Counted from the first letter of the stretch, positions 1 to 12,300 are shown. The stretch: 64,000 bases of DNA from Rhodobiaceae bacterium (GCA_018651345.1 JABIEF010000050.1:27895-91894); one strand, 5' to 3'. The notes: generated from the sequence alone by a model not told the origin. A program made the numbers and translations.

Positions 1-168
1 CATTTTCGGTAACGAAAATTTTTATTATTTCTCTATTTTTATTTTTTAGCGCATGTACGCATGCGTGCATACCATAAATTTCAATATTTTCAGTCATTTA
101 ATTGATTTCCTTCTAGCTTTTTATAATGCTTTAGTGTAAGTGTGTACACATTGAAATATAATTAGCTG

Positions 169-199
169 TTGACATACGCCATTTATAGCATGATATAGG
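169..199 (+). promoter_or_regulatory. candidate sigma70-type promoter of the tRNA-Tyr/tRNA-Gly/tuf unit
   Basis: TTGACA at 169-174, then an extended -10-like TGaTATAGG at 191-199, about 60 nt upstream of tRNA-Tyr. Motif match only. Confidence 0.3.
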
Positions 200-262
200 C
201 GAAAAAGTTTCGTGGTACCTTTTGGTTCCCATGACTGATATTGTCCGAATTGATAATATTTT

Positions 263-347
263 GGAGGGGTGCCCGAGTGGTTAAAGGGGACGGGCTGTAA
301 ACCCGTTGGCTTAGCCTACGTTGGTTCAAATCCAACTCCCTCCACCA
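263..347 (+). tRNA. tRNA-Tyr (anticodon GTA), type II with long variable arm, CCA encoded
   Basis: Hand-folded cloverleaf. Acceptor GGAGGGG/TCCCTCC, anticodon arm ACGGG-CTGTAAA-CCCGT, T arm GTTGG-TTCAAAT-CCAAC, terminal CCA. Confidence 0.93.
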
Positions 348-373
348 TTTTGTGGTGTAGTCATGATTGTTGT

Positions 374-447
374 GCGGGTGTAGCTCAAAGGTAGAGCAGC
401 AGCCTTCCAAGCTGAGGACGAGGGTTCGATTCCCTTCACCCGCTCCA
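374..447 (+). tRNA. tRNA-Gly (anticodon TCC), CCA encoded
   Basis: Acceptor GCGGGTG/CACCCGC, D arm GCTC-AAAGGTA-GAGC, anticodon loop CTTCCAA, T arm GAGGG-TTCGATT-CCCTT. Confidence 0.93.
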
Positions 448-497
448 AACGCTAATTGGAAACAAGTTATTTTTTTATGGTGTTTTTTTTAAATTTA

Positions 498-527
498 AAT
501 TATATAGGTAATTATATAGGTAATTAT
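498..527. repeat. tandem 12-bp repeat AATTATATAGGT, 2.5 copies, upstream of tuf
   Basis: Direct reading gives two perfect copies at 498-509 and 510-521, plus a partial AATTAT copy. Confidence 0.8.
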
Positions 528-563
528 TAACAAAATTAGTTTTTTAAAGTGAGATAAAGTATT

Positions 564-1754
564 ATGGCTAAAGAAAAATTCGATCGTTCAAAACCACATT
601 GTAACATAGGAACTATTGGTCACGTAGACCATGGCAAAACAACATTAACAGCTGCGATTACTAAGGTATTGGCTGAATCAGGCGGAGCTGAATTTTCAGC
701 TTACGATCAAATTGATAAGGCTCCAGAAGAAAAAGCACGTGGAATAACCATTTCAACGGCACACGTTGAATACACAACCGCAAACCGGCATTATGCTCAC
801 GTTGATTGTCCAGGTCACGCTGATTATGTTAAGAACATGATAACAGGTGCAGCGCAAATGGATGGAGCTATATTGGTAGTTAATGCAGCAGATGGTCCAA
901 TGCCACAGACTAGAGAACATATATTATTAGCAAGACAAGTTGGCGTTCCTTCTCTTGTTGTTTACTTGAATAAAGTTGACCAAGTTGATGATGAAGAATT
1001 GTTAGAATTGGTTGAAATGGAGGTAAGAGAATTACTTTCATCTTACGATTTTCCAGGCGATGATATACCTATTGTAAAAGGTTCCGCTTTAGCCGCTCTT
1101 GAGGGAAAAGATGATGAGATTGGTTCTAAATCAATTCTCGCATTAATGGAAGCTGTTGATGCTTATATTCCCCAACCAGAAAGAGCAAAAGATTTACCTT
1201 TCTTAATGCCGATTGAAGACGTGTTCTCAATTTCAGGACGTGGAACTGTTGTTACAGGGCGTGTAGAAAGAGGTGTTGTTAAGGTTGGCGAAGAGCTTGA
1301 GCTTATAGGTATTAAAGATACTTCCAAAACGACATGCACAGGCGTAGAGATGTTTAGAAAACTTCTTGACCAAGGAGAAGCTGGTGATAATGTTGGTGTG
1401 TTGCTAAGGGGTACAAAAAGAGAAGAGGTTGAGCGCGGACAGGTCCTTGCTAAACCTGGATCAATAACTCCTCATGCAAAATTTAAGGCAAGTGCTTATA
1501 TTCTAACTAAAGATGAAGGCGGAAGACATACTCCATTCTTTACAAACTATAGGCCACAATTTTATTTCCGTACAACTGATGTGACTGGGGTGGTAACACT
1601 CAACGAAGGTACAGAAATGGTGATGCCTGGTGATAATATTGAAATGAATGTAACTTTAATAGTTCCAATAGCAATGGAAGATAATTTACGATTTGCTATT
1701 CGTGAAGGCGGAAGAACTGTTGGTGCTGGTGTGGTTTCTTCTATCATAGAGTAA
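564..1754 (+). CDS. tuf: elongation factor Tu
   Basis: 396-aa ORF with GTPase motifs [14 protein letters not shown] and NKVD. Full-length EF-Tu-like sequence. Confidence 0.98.
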   Translation: MAKEKFDRSKPHCNIGTIGHVDHGKTTLTAAITKVLAESGGAEFSAYDQIDKAPEEKARGITISTAHVEYTTANRHYAHVDCPGHADYVKNMITGAAQMDGAILVVNAADGPMPQTREHILLARQVGVPSLVVYLNKVDQVDDEELLELVEMEVRELLSSYDFPGDDIPIVKGSALAALEGKDDEIGSKSILALMEAVDAYIPQPERAKDLPFLMPIEDVFSISGRGTVVTGRVERGVVKVGEELELIGIKDTSKTTCTGVEMFRKLLDQGEAGDNVGVLLRGTKREEVERGQVLAKPGSITPHAKFKASAYILTKDEGGRHTPFFTNYRPQFYFRTTDVTGVVTLNEGTEMVMPGDNIEMNVTLIVPIAMEDNLRFAIREGGRTVGAGVVSSIIE

Positions 1755-1794
1755 CTTAACCTAGCACTCCAATATTACCTATTGTCATTATATT

Positions 1795-1870
1795 AGGAGT
1801 GTAGCTCAACTGGCAGAGCGTCGGTCTCCAAAACCGAAGGTTGGGGGTTCGATTCCCTCCACTCCTGCCA
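1795..1870 (+). tRNA. tRNA-Trp (anticodon CCA)
   Basis: Acceptor AGGAGTG/CACTCCT, anticodon arm TCGGT-CTCCAAA-ACCGA, T arm GGGGG-TTCGATT-CCCTC. Conserved position before secE. Confidence 0.93.
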
Positions 1871-1923
1871 TAAGATGTTACAATGGTGTTGGAATACTTG
1901 TAAATTATTAATTAGGATAATAG

Positions 1924-2121
1924 ATGGCAAAGACTAGTCCGATAAAATTTGTACAGCAAATTAGAGCTGAGGCTAAAAAAGTTACCTGGCCTTCGCGCAG
2001 AGAAACTACAGTAACAACCATAATGTGCGTTATATTCGTATTCTTTGCTGCTGTATTTTTCTTGATTGCGGATCAGATTCTCAGCTGGCTAGTAGGTCTA
2101 GTTCTCGGAACTGGAAATTAG
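1924..2121 (+). CDS. secE: preprotein translocase subunit SecE
   Basis: 65-aa ORF with one C-terminal TM helix. Sits in the conserved tRNA-Trp/secE/nusG arrangement. Confidence 0.9.
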   Translation: MAKTSPIKFVQQIRAEAKKVTWPSRRETTVTTIMCVIFVFFAAVFFLIADQILSWLVGLVLGTGN

Positions 2122-2130
2122 GAGTTAAAA

Positions 2131-2661
2131 TTGGCTTATCGTTGGTACATAGTTCACGCTTATTCAAACTTTGAAAAACAAGTGGCTAGTTCTATAAGAG
2201 AGCAAGCTATGTTAAGGGGTATTGATAAACTTTTTGAAGAGATAATGGTGCCTGTAGAAGAGGTAATTAACGTTAAAAAAGGAAGAAAAGTATCATCGGA
2301 AAGAAAGTTTTTTCCAGGATATGTCCTTGTTAAAATGGAAATGACAGACCAAGCTTATCATTTGATAAAAAATACTGCTAAAGTTAGTGGATTTTTAGGA
2401 TCAAATAATAAACCGATGCCAATAAGTGAATCTGAAGCTATGAGAATTATACAACAAGTTCAGGAGGGCGTTGATCGACCTAAGCCATCTATTACATTTG
2501 ATATAGGTGAACAAGTTAAGGTTTCTGATGGTCCTTTTGCATCATTTAACGGCATGGTTGAAGAGGTAGATATTGAGAGATCTAGATTAAAAGTTGCTGT
2601 TTCAATTTTTGGAAGAGCTACTCCAGTAGAATTAGAATATGGTCAAGTAGAAAAGTTATAA
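2131..2661 (+). CDS. nusG: transcription termination/antitermination factor NusG
   Basis: 176 aa with an NGN domain start (WYIVHAYSNFEK) and a C-terminal KOW region. TTG start. Confidence 0.95.
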   Translation: MAYRWYIVHAYSNFEKQVASSIREQAMLRGIDKLFEEIMVPVEEVINVKKGRKVSSERKFFPGYVLVKMEMTDQAYHLIKNTAKVSGFLGSNNKPMPISESEAMRIIQQVQEGVDRPKPSITFDIGEQVKVSDGPFASFNGMVEEVDIERSRLKVAVSIFGRATPVELEYGQVEKL

Positions 2662-2728
2662 GATTTTTATTATTTTAGAATTTGCTTTTTATGAATATTA
2701 ATAATATTTATAAAAAAAGGAGTTACAA

Positions 2729-3157
2729 ATGGCAAAAAAAATTAGTGGTTATTTAAAATTACAAGTTCCAGCAGGTAAGGCTAATCCTTCACCTCCAATA
2801 GGCCCAGCTTTAGGGCAAAGGGGCTTGAATATAATGGAGTTTTGTAAATCTTTTAATGCAGCTACGCAAGATCTTGAAGCGGATATGCCAATACCAACAT
2901 TAATAACTATATATGCAGATAAAACATTTTCATACGTAACAAAAACTCCGCCCGCATCTTTTCTTTTGAAAAAAGCTGCAAATTTAAATAAAGGTAGTGC
3001 AACGCCTGGTATTACTGTTAGTGGAAATGTAACGCCTAAACAAGTTAGAGAAATAGCTGAATTAAAAATGAAAGATTTAAACACAACGTCTTTAGATCAA
3101 GCTGAAAAAATCATCGCAGGGTCCGCAAGGTCTCTGGGTTTAGTGGTACAGGAGTAA
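2729..3157 (+). CDS. rplK: 50S ribosomal protein L11
   Basis: 142 aa with motif [22 protein letters not shown]. Operon position. Confidence 0.97.
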   Translation: MAKKISGYLKLQVPAGKANPSPPIGPALGQRGLNIMEFCKSFNAATQDLEADMPIPTLITIYADKTFSYVTKTPPASFLLKKAANLNKGSATPGITVSGNVTPKQVREIAELKMKDLNTTSLDQAEKIIAGSARSLGLVVQE

Positions 3158-3163
3158 AATACG

Positions 3164-3865
3164 ATGGTTAAAATATCAAAAAGATTTAATTCTATTAGAG
3201 AAAATATTGATAAAGATAAATCTTATGAGCTTAATGAGGGTGTTAAATTAATTAAAGGTAATGCATCTGCAAAATTTGATGAAACAATTGAAATAGCTGT
3301 AAATCTTGGTGTTGATCCAAGGCATGCAGATCAAATGGTAAGGGGTGTATGTCAATTACCTGAAGGTACAGGAAGAGATGTAAGAGTTGCTGTGTTCGCA
3401 AAAGGTGATAAGGCTAAAGAAGCAAAAGATGCTGGTGCCGATATCGTTGGTGATGAAGATTTGTCTGCTAGTATATTAAATGGTGAATTAAACTTTGATA
3501 GAGTTATATCAACGCCTGATTTAATGGCAATAGTTGGTCAATTGGGTAAAGTTTTAGGTCCACGTGGATTGATGCCAAATCCAAAAGTAGGAACCGTAAC
3601 AAATGATGTTTCTGCTGCTGTGAAAGCTGCTAAAGGTGGTGCTATAGAGTATAGAGTTGAAAAAGCTGGAATTATTCAAGCGGGTATTGGTAAAGCTAGC
3701 TTTACTGAAAAGGCCTTAATCGCTAATATAAAGGCGCTCGCAAGTGCTATACAAAGTTCAAAACCAAGTGCTACTAAAGGAACATATATTAAAAAAATTA
3801 CATTATCTTCAACAATGGGAGTTGGTGTAAAAATAGATCCTGCCACAATTTTTGCGGCAGTATAA
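3164..3865 (+). CDS. rplA: 50S ribosomal protein L1
   Basis: 233 aa, L1-like sequence ([16 protein letters not shown]) directly after rplK. Confidence 0.97.
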   Translation: MVKISKRFNSIRENIDKDKSYELNEGVKLIKGNASAKFDETIEIAVNLGVDPRHADQMVRGVCQLPEGTGRDVRVAVFAKGDKAKEAKDAGADIVGDEDLSASILNGELNFDRVISTPDLMAIVGQLGKVLGPRGLMPNPKVGTVTNDVSAAVKAAKGGAIEYRVEKAGIIQAGIGKASFTEKALIANIKALASAIQSSKPSATKGTYIKKITLSSTMGVGVKIDPATIFAAV

Positions 3866-4118
3866 TTATCTGGTCTTTACATTTCCAGATAAATGGCATA
3901 AATATCTAGTATTTATGTTTACCTGTCCGAGATTATAGGTGCTTTATGCTTAAACATCCTATATGAGACGGTTTTTCTAATGTTAGCACATTAGAATTTT
4001 GACTTACGAGCTGGTTATTATTACTAGCGGGCAGGGTTATATCCGTACAATTTATTTTGTACTGAAATATGAACGTGGCTTTGTATTTTTGCTTAAGTCA
4101 CAATATAAGGAGAACGCT
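3866..4118 (+). promoter_or_regulatory. rplJ 5' leader: candidate L10/L12 autoregulatory leader with attenuator-like hairpin
   Basis: A 253-nt non-coding gap, unusually long for this compact window. Paired segments 3927-3929/3969-3971 and 3934-3939/3958-3963 are followed by TTTTT at 3972-3976. A second hairpin is TAATGT 3978-3983 / ACATTA 3988-3993. The position matches the known L10 leader of other bacteria. Confidence 0.4.
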
Positions 4119-4637
4119 GTGGATAGAGTTAAAAAAGAAGAGTTTGTATCAGATCTTAATAAAACTTTTAATACTGCATCTGTTGTACTAATTGCGCAGA
4201 ATTCAGGGTTAACCGTTGCTGATATGAATGAGCTAAGAAATGGTATGAGGGAATTAGGTGCTGTTGTTAAAGTAACAAAAAACAGACTTACAAAGATAGC
4301 TCTTAAAGAGACCCCTGTATCTGGTTTAGATGAATTCTTAAAAGGTCCAACTCTAATAGCTTATTCAGATGATCCTATATCTGCACCTAAGGCGGCTGTA
4401 AAGTTTGCCAAAGATAATGAAAAATTCATTGTTTTAGGTGGTTCAATGTCTGGAACAATGTTAAATACTAATGATGTAAAATCATTGGCTAGTTTACCGT
4501 CTCTAGATGAGTTACGAGGCAAGATAATTGGACTCATAACTTCACCAGCAGCAGCTATAGCTCAGATTGTAAATGCACCAGGATCTCAAGTAGCTCGAGT
4601 TATCAACGCGTATTCCGATAAAAATCAAGCAGCATAA
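4119..4637 (+). CDS. rplJ: 50S ribosomal protein L10
   Basis: GTG start preceded by AAGGAGA. VDRVKKEEFVSDLNKTF is a typical L10 N-terminus. The track's 3999 TTG start adds a non-homologous extension. Confidence 0.93.
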   Translation: MDRVKKEEFVSDLNKTFNTASVVLIAQNSGLTVADMNELRNGMRELGAVVKVTKNRLTKIALKETPVSGLDEFLKGPTLIAYSDDPISAPKAAVKFAKDNEKFIVLGGSMSGTMLNTNDVKSLASLPSLDELRGKIIGLITSPAAAIAQIVNAPGSQVARVINAYSDKNQAA

Positions 4638-4685
4638 TAATAACCAAACTTAATAAGTTTAAAATTTAATAAAGGAAAGTTTAAA

Positions 4686-5057
4686 ATGGCAGATTTAGAA
4701 AAAATAGTAGAAAGTTTATCAAATTTAACAGTGTTAGAAGCATCAGAATTATCAAAATTATTAGAAGAGAAGTGGGGCGTTTCAGCAGCAGCTCCAGTTG
4801 CAGCAGCAGCGGCAGCAGTTTCATCTTCAGAACCTGTTGAAGAAAAAACTGAATTCAATGTCATTTTAGCGTCCATGGGTGATAAAAAGATAAATGTAAT
4901 TAAGGAAGTAAGGGCAATCACTGGACTAGGTTTAAAAGAAGCCAAAGACCTTGTTGAAGCAGCTCCTGCGACAGTTAAAGAAGGTGTAACAAAAGATGAA
5001 GCAAGTAAAATTAAAGAACAACTTGAAGGAGCCGGCGCTACTTGTGAAATTAAATAG
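4686..5057 (+). CDS. rplL: 50S ribosomal protein L7/L12
   Basis: 123 aa with an Ala-rich hinge and a conserved C-terminal domain ([12 protein letters not shown]). Confidence 0.97.
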   Translation: MADLEKIVESLSNLTVLEASELSKLLEEKWGVSAAAPVAAAAAAVSSSEPVEEKTEFNVILASMGDKKINVIKEVRAITGLGLKEAKDLVEAAPATVKEGVTKDEASKIKEQLEGAGATCEIK

Positions 5058-5170
5058 AGGGTAGTTTTAGACTTAATTTAACTATATTACCGTGCAGATG
5101 ATGTAGAAAAATTAAATTTAAATACAAACTTAGTTTAAAATTTTTTATTTAATATCAAAATGAGGGCCAA

Positions 5171-8100
5171 ATGGCACAATCTTATGTAGGTCGCAAACGA
5201 ATTCGTAAATATTTCGGTAAAATCCGTGAAGTTGCGGAAATGCCAAATCTTATTGAAGTTCAAAGAATTTCATACGAGTATTTCTTACAAGCTAAGGAAC
5301 CTGTTGAAGGGAGAATAAATAATGGAATACAAGCAGTATTTTCATCAATTTTTCCAATTACTGACTTTAGTGAAAATTCTGTATTAGAATTTCTTAAATA
5401 TGATTTCGATGTACCTAAATATGATACTGATGAGTGTCAACAGAGAGGCATGACTTATTCTGCACCAGTGAAGGCCTACCTTCGTTTAATTGTCTATGAA
5501 ACTGATGAAGAAACAGGTGCTAAATCTGTTCAAACTATCAAAGATCAGTGGGTGTATATGGGTGATATGCCGCTAATGACAGGTAACGGTACTTTTATTG
5601 TGAATGGTACCGAAAGGGTTGTTGTTAGTCAAATGCACAGAAGTCCTGGAGTTTTTTTCGATCACGATAAAGGAAAGTCTCATTCAAGTGGAAAAATTTT
5701 ATATGCTGCAAGAATTATTCCGTACAGAGGATCTTGGCTTGACTTCGAATTTGATGCTAAAGACCTTGTATATTCAAGGATCGATAGAAAACGTAAGCTC
5801 CCAGTAACAACTGTATTATATTCTTTAGGTTTGAGCTCTGAAGATATTTTAGATTATTTCTATAATAGTTTCTCTTTTAAAAAGAATAAATCTGGATGGG
5901 TTACGGAATTTAATTCAGAAAGATTTAAGGGGATAAAATTACCTAAAGATCTAATCAATGCTAAAACTGGCGAAATTGCTGTTGAAGCTGGTAAAAAGCT
6001 TACGCCTCGATTAGCTACCAAGTTAATTGAATCTGGTTTAACCGAAGTTCTGTATAGTGATGAGGACTTAATAGGTCAGTATCTTTCAGAGGATATTGTT
6101 AACATGGATACGGGTCTTATTTATGGTGAAGCTGGCGATGAGATAACTCAAGAATTTCTTGATCTATTGGCATCAAAAGGTATTAAGAATTTATCAGTGC
6201 TTGATATAGATCACGTAAATGTTGGAGCCTTTATTAGAAATACTCTTGCAGCAGACAAAAATGAAAATAAGGATCAAGCGTTACTTGATATATACAGAAT
6301 TATGCGTCCTGGAGAACCTCCAACAGTAGAGACCGCAGAATCTTTATTCAATAGCCTTTTCTTTGATGCAGATAGATATGATTTATCTGCAGTTGGTCGT
6401 GTAAAATTAAATATGCGATTAGATCTTGATGTGGAAGATACCCATGGAACGCTCAGAAAAGAAGATATTCTTGCGGTTGTAAGGCATTTGGTTAATCTAA
6501 GAGATGGCAAAGGTGAGATCGATGATATAGATCATCTAGGTAATAGAAGGGTTAGGTCAGTTGGAGAACTAATGGAGAATCAATATCGTATTGGTCTCTT
6601 GCGTATGGAAAGAGCAATAAAAGAAAGATTAACATCTGTCGATGTAGATACTGTTATGCCTCATGATCTTATCAACGCAAAGCCGATTACTGCGGCAATT
6701 AGAGAATTCTTTGGCTCTTCTCAACTTTCTCAATTTATGGACCAAACGAATCCATTATCGGTGATTACACATATACGAAGAGTTTCAGCTCTAGGGCCAG
6801 GTGGACTAACAAGAGAAAGAGCTGGATTTGAAGTTCGTGATGTTCATCCAACCCATTATGGCAGAATATGCCCTATTGAAACACCTGAAGGTCCTAATAT
6901 TGGTCTTATAAATTCTCTCGCAACATTTGCTCGTGTTAATAAATATGGATTTATTGAAAGCCCATATAGACGTGTACTTGATTCAAAAGTAACAGATGAA
7001 GTTATTTATCTTTCTGCTATAGAAGAAGGTAAATATACGATTGCACAGGCTAATGCACAATTAGACTCTTCTTCTGCATTCACTGACGAATTGATTAATT
7101 GCAGGGTATCTGGGGATGTTCAGCTTATTCCATCTGATAAAGTAGATTTTATGGACGTTTCTCCTAAGCAGCTTGTTTCTGTTGCTGCAGCATTAATTCC
7201 TTTTCTCGAGAATGATGATGCTAACCGAGCATTGATGGGGTCAAATATGCAAAGACAAGCGGTCCCATTGTTGAAAGCAGAGGCTCCATTTGTTGGAACC
7301 GGTATGGAGGCTGTGGTTGCTCGTGATTCTGGTGCAGCTGTATCAGCTAGAAGATCAGGAGTTGTTGATCAAGTTGATGCCAGTAGAATAGTTATTAGAG
7401 CTATAGATGAAAAGGATGCATCTAAGTCAGCCGTTGATATATATAATTTAAGTAAGTTTCAACGATCAAATCAAAATACATGTATTAATCAGAAACCTTT
7501 GGTTAAAGCAGGTGAATTTGTTGATAGCGGCGATATCATTGCAGATGGACCTTCAACAGATTTGGGTGATCTAGCTCTTGGTAAAAATGTTCTTGTGGCT
7601 TATATGCCATGGAATGGATACAATTATGAAGATTCTATCTTAATATCAGAAAGAATTGTAAGAGATGATGTATTTACATCAATACACATTGAAGAGTTTG
7701 AAGTTATGGCTAGGGATACTAAGCTTGGGCCTGAAGATGTTACTCGTGATATTCCAAATGTTGGTGAAGAAGCGCTGAGGAATCTGGATGAAGCTGGAAT
7801 TATTTATATTGGTGCAGAAGCTAATCCAGGTGATATCCTAGTTGGAAAAATTACACCAAAAGGTGAAAGCCCGATGACTCCAGAAGAAAAATTATTAAGA
7901 GCAATATTTGGAGAAAAGGCATCTGATGTTAGAGATACCTCTTTAAGATTACCTCCTGGTGTTAGCGGGACTGTTGTTGAGGTAAGGGTGTTTAATAGGC
8001 ATGGTGTAGAAAAAGATGAACGTGCTATGGCAATAGAACGTGAAGAGATTGAAAAGTTATCAAAAGATAGAGACGATGAGGTAACTATTCTTGACAGAAA

Positions 8101-9304
8101 TGTTTATGCAAAATTAATGAGTACGATGCTTGGAAAAGAGTTGTTGGTTTCTGGTGACGTTAAAAAGGGAAGTAAATTAACGGAAGATTCACTTAATAAT
8201 ATTCCACGTAAAGATTGGTGGGATATAATTCTGAAAAACGATAAAGTTATGGGCGAAATCGAGGCTATAAAGAGTCAGTATGAAAGTTCTAAAAACCTCC
8301 TCGAAGAAAAGTTTATTGATAAGGTTGAAAAATTACAACGTGGAGATGACCTTTTGCCTGGAGTGATGAAGATGGTTAAAGTATTTGTTGCCATAAAAAG
8401 AAAACTACAGTCAGGCGATAAGATGGCTGGTAGGCATGGTAATAAAGGTGTGGTTTCACGTATCATGCCTCAGGAAGATTTACCTTATCTCGAGGATGGG
8501 ACCCCCGTTGACGTGGTTCTTAATCCTCTAGGTGTACCTAGTCGTATGAATGTTGGTCAGATTTTGGAGACACATCTTGGCTGGGCATGTCGTGGGCTTG
8601 GTAAATTAATTGGTGATGCAGTTGTTGCCGTTAGAAAGGGTGAAAATGAAACTGTATTACGTAACCAACTTAAAGAAGTTTATGGTGACGATAATAAGGT
8701 TGTTAATTCATTAGAAACTGAACAATTACTTGAATTGGGTGAAAATTTAAAAAAAGGAGTCCCAATTGCAACTCCTGTTTTTGATGGAGCTCATGAGAGT
8801 GATATTAACATTTTACTCGAGAAAGCTGGGTTGGATAAAACAGGCCAAGTAACTTTGTATGATGGAAGAACAGGCGAAGCTTTTGATAGAAATGTTACTG
8901 TAGGATATAAATATATCTTAAAACTTCACCATCTTGTTGATGACAAAATACACGCAAGGTCTATTGGTCCTTATAGTTTGGTTACACAACAACCTCTTGG
9001 CGGAAAGGCTCAGTTTGGCGGTCAAAGATTTGGTGAAATGGAAGTTTGGGCATTAGAGGCTTATGGAGCTGCTTACACTCTTCAAGAAATGCTTACTGTT
9101 AAATCCGATGATGTGGCGGGAAGAACTAAAGTTTATGAATCAATTGTCAGAGGGGATGATGCATTTGAAGCAGGTATCCCTGAGTCATTCAATGTTCTGA
9201 TCAAAGAGATACGATCTCTAGGGTTAAATATGGAACTTAAATCGGATAAGTTGCAGCCAGATTCAAGCGGTAAGAAATTACCTGAATTACGAGCCGATAA
9301 ATAG
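5171..9304 (+). CDS. rpoB: DNA-directed RNA polymerase subunit beta
   Basis: 1377 aa with hallmark beta-subunit blocks ([28 protein letters not shown]). Confidence 0.98.
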   Translation: MAQSYVGRKRIRKYFGKIREVAEMPNLIEVQRISYEYFLQAKEPVEGRINNGIQAVFSSIFPITDFSENSVLEFLKYDFDVPKYDTDECQQRGMTYSAPVKAYLRLIVYETDEETGAKSVQTIKDQWVYMGDMPLMTGNGTFIVNGTERVVVSQMHRSPGVFFDHDKGKSHSSGKILYAARIIPYRGSWLDFEFDAKDLVYSRIDRKRKLPVTTVLYSLGLSSEDILDYFYNSFSFKKNKSGWVTEFNSERFKGIKLPKDLINAKTGEIAVEAGKKLTPRLATKLIESGLTEVLYSDEDLIGQYLSEDIVNMDTGLIYGEAGDEITQEFLDLLASKGIKNLSVLDIDHVNVGAFIRNTLAADKNENKDQALLDIYRIMRPGEPPTVETAESLFNSLFFDADRYDLSAVGRVKLNMRLDLDVEDTHGTLRKEDILAVVRHLVNLRDGKGEIDDIDHLGNRRVRSVGELMENQYRIGLLRMERAIKERLTSVDVDTVMPHDLINAKPITAAIREFFGSSQLSQFMDQTNPLSVITHIRRVSALGPGGLTRERAGFEVRDVHPTHYGRICPIETPEGPNIGLINSLATFARVNKYGFIESPYRRVLDSKVTDEVIYLSAIEEGKYTIAQANAQLDSSSAFTDELINCRVSGDVQLIPSDKVDFMDVSPKQLVSVAAALIPFLENDDANRALMGSNMQRQAVPLLKAEAPFVGTGMEAVVARDSGAAVSARRSGVVDQVDASRIVIRAIDEKDASKSAVDIYNLSKFQRSNQNTCINQKPLVKAGEFVDSGDIIADGPSTDLGDLALGKNVLVAYMPWNGYNYEDSILISERIVRDDVFTSIHIEEFEVMARDTKLGPEDVTRDIPNVGEEALRNLDEAGIIYIGAEANPGDILVGKITPKGESPMTPEEKLLRAIFGEKASDVRDTSLRLPPGVSGTVVEVRVFNRHGVEKDERAMAIEREEIEKLSKDRDDEVTILDRNVYAKLMSTMLGKELLVSGDVKKGSKLTEDSLNNIPRKDWWDIILKNDKVMGEIEAIKSQYESSKNLLEEKFIDKVEKLQRGDDLLPGVMKMVKVFVAIKRKLQSGDKMAGRHGNKGVVSRIMPQEDLPYLEDGTPVDVVLNPLGVPSRMNVGQILETHLGWACRGLGKLIGDAVVAVRKGENETVLRNQLKEVYGDDNKVVNSLETEQLLELGENLKKGVPIATPVFDGAHESDINILLEKAGLDKTGQVTLYDGRTGEAFDRNVTVGYKYILKLHHLVDDKIHARSIGPYSLVTQQPLGGKAQFGGQRFGEMEVWALEAYGAAYTLQEMLTVKSDDVAGRTKVYESIVRGDDAFEAGIPESFNVLIKEIRSLGLNMELKSDKLQPDSSGKKLPELRADK

Positions 9305-9391
9305 TGATTAATAGGATTATTTTAATCATAAATATAATTTGTAATACGATTCCAGCAAATAATATATTTGCAAATATAGAAGGATAAAAGT

Positions 9392-12300
9392 ATGGACCAA
9401 GAGGTAATGAGTGTTTTTAATCCAAGTTCCCCTCAATCGCAGGCGTTTGATCAAATAAAAATATCCATAGCTCCACCGGAGAAAATTCTTGCATGGTCTT
9501 TCGGTGAAATTAAGAAACCAGAAACAATTAATTATAGAACATTTAAGCCTGAGAGAGATGGGTTATTTTGTTCTCGTATTTTTGGCCCTATCAAGGATTA
9601 TGAATGCTTGTGCGGTAAATATAAACGTATGAAATACAGAGGTGTTATCTGTGAGAAATGTGGAGTTGAGGTAACTCTATCAAAAGTTCGTAGAGATAGA
9701 ATGGGGCACATAGAACTTGCTTCTCCTGTTGCGCATATATGGTTCTTGAAATCTCTACCTTCTAGAATAGGTTTGTTGCTAGATATGAAATTGAAAGATT
9801 TAGAGAGAGTTCTTTACTTCGAAAATTTCATAGTTATGGAACCTGGTTTAACTTCTTTAAAGGAATTACAATTATTAACAGAAGAAGAGTTATTAGAATA
9901 CCAAGATGAGTATGGCGATGATAGTTTTACTGTGGGAATTGGTGCTGAAGCAATTAGAGACCTATTGGCCGCAATGGATCTTGTTAAAATAGCCGATGAC
10001 CTTAGGGTAGAAATAGCTGAATCAACTTCAGAATTAAAGCCAATTAAATTAGCAAAAAGATTAAAAGTTGTAGAAGCATTTATAAATTCAGGAAATCGTC
10101 CAGAATGGATGATTATGACAATAATACCGGTTATTCCGCCAGAACTTAGACCATTAGTTCCATTAGACGGAGGTAGATTTGCAACTTCTGATTTAAACGA
10201 TCTATACAGAAGGGTTATTAATAGAAATAATAGATTAAAAAGACTTATGGAGTTGAAGGCGCCAGATATTATCATTCGTAATGAAAAAAGAATGTTACAA
10301 GAATCTGTAGATGCATTATTTGATAATGGCAGAAGAGGTAGAATTATTACGGGAGCAAACAAGAGGCCTTTAAAATCTCTATCAGATATGCTCAAAGGTA
10401 AGCAAGGACGTTTCAGACAAAACTTATTAGGGAAGAGAGTTGATTATTCCGGTAGATCTGTAATTGTTACTGGCCCTACATTAAAATTACATCAATGTGG
10501 GCTGCCAAAAAGGATGGCATTAGAATTATTTAAACCTTTTATATATTCAAAATTAGATGCAAAGGGGCTTGCAACAACAGTAAAGCAGGCAAAGAAACTT
10601 GTTGAAAAAGAAAAGCCAGAAGTTTGGGATATTTTAGAAGAAGTTATCAGGGAGCACCCTGTTTTATTGAATAGAGCACCAACTTTACATAGATTAGGAA
10701 TTCAAGCATTTGAACCTATACTGGTTGAGGGAAAGGCAATACAATTACATCCATTAGTTTGTTCGGCTTTTAATGCAGATTTTGATGGTGACCAAATGGC
10801 CGTCCACGTCCCTCTTTCGCTTGAAGCTCAGTTAGAGGCTAGAGTTTTAATGATGTCGACTAATAATATATTACATCCAGCAGACGGCACTCCAATTATA
10901 GTTCCAAGCCAAGATATGGTTTTAGGGCTTTATTATCTTTCTCTGGTAAAAGATAACGAACCTGGAGAAGGAATGCTTTTTGGTAATATTAATGAATTAC
11001 ATCACGCTATATATACCGGAACCACTACATTACATGCAAAAATAAAGGGTCGATTTGCAACTGTAGACGAAGAAGGTAATGAAGTTAGAAAAATTTATGA
11101 TACAACTCCCGGTAGATTAATAATGGGAGAGTTGTTGCCAAAAAATAAAGCTATCAGTTACAGCTTGGTTAACAAGATAATGACAAAAAAAGACATATCG
11201 AAAATGATTGATGAAGTTTATAGGCATTGTGGTCAAAAAGATACTGTGATTTTCTGTGATAGAATAATGGCCCTTGGTTTCCATCATGGATGTAAAGCTG
11301 GAATCTCTTTCGGTAAGGATGATATGGTTATTCCAGACACAAAACTTAAGTTAATAGACGAAACAAATGTATTGGTTAAAGAGTATGAGAGCCAATATAT
11401 TGATGGGCTGATAACTAAAGGTGAAAAGTATAATAAAGTAGTTGATGCGTGGGCTAAATGTACAGATAAAGTTGCCGACGAAATGATGTCTAGAATTCAA
11501 GTGGTTGAGTATGATGATAACACAAAAAGGCAGAAGGATATAAATTCTGTCTACATGATGTCACACTCAGGTGCTAGGGGATCTCCAGCTCAAATGAAGC
11601 AATTGGCTGGAATGAGGGGATTGATGGCTAAGCCGTCTGGTGAAATCATCGAAACACCTATAATTTCAAATTTTAAAGAAGGATTGTCAGTTCTTGAATA
11701 CTTTAACTCTACGCATGGAGCTAGAAAAGGCCTTGCTGATACAGCACTAAAAACAGCTAACTCTGGTTATTTAACACGACGTTTAGTAGACGTTGCACAA
11801 GATTGTATTATAACAGAGAAAGATTGTGGTACTAGCAAAGGTATAACATTAAATCATGTAATGGATGGCGGAGATGTCGTTGTTCATATAAGTAAAAGAT
11901 TGCTTGGCAGATGTGCGTGTGAAGATATTATTAATCCTAAGACTGGAAAATTAATCTTAAAACATTCTGAAATTATAAATGAGCAGAAGGCAATTGAATG
12001 TGGAGAAGCCGGTATTGAAACAATGAAGGTTAGATCTGTTCTAACCTGTGAATCCAAGATAGGAGCTTGTGCAAATTGTTATGGTAGGGATTTAGCTCGC
12101 GGAACACCCGTAAATGTTGGTGAAGCTGTTGGTGTTGTTGCCGCACAATCTATAGGAGAACCTGGTACTCAACTGACCATGAGAACTTTCCACATTGGTG
12201 GTACGGCTCAGGTTGTAGATCAATCTTTTGTTGAAAGCGCTTTTGATGGCAAGGTTTTGATTAGAAATCGTAATGTAGCTAAAGATTCAACAAAGAGACT

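Noticed and set aside
183-410. 75-aa minus-strand ORF from the track.
   Set aside because: It is entirely overlapped by tRNA-Tyr and tRNA-Gly on the plus strand. The translation has no recognisable protein features, so this is a chance ORF.
3999-4118. N-terminal 40-codon extension of rplJ implied by the track ORF (TTG at 3999).
   Set aside because: The extension (MTYELVIITSGQGYIRTIYFVLKYERGF...) is unlike any L10. A GTG at 4119 with the AAGGAGA SD gives the canonical L10 N-terminus. The region is better explained as a leader RNA.
9814-10395. 193-aa antisense ORF inside rpoC. Similar antisense or off-frame ORFs occur at 1562-1747, 2749-3084, 4625-4945, 5604-5807, 6274-6510, 8275-8466, 12448-12891, 13237-13476, 14740-15152, 15567-16088, 37513-37890, 47711-48115, 48725-49021, 51038-51409, 52942-53160 and 58294-58590, among others.
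   Set aside because: All lie inside well-supported genes, mostly on the opposite strand and one on the same strand in a different frame. Their translations are low-complexity (Ser/Ile/Phe/Leu-rich) and they lack SD sequences. They are typical shadow ORFs.
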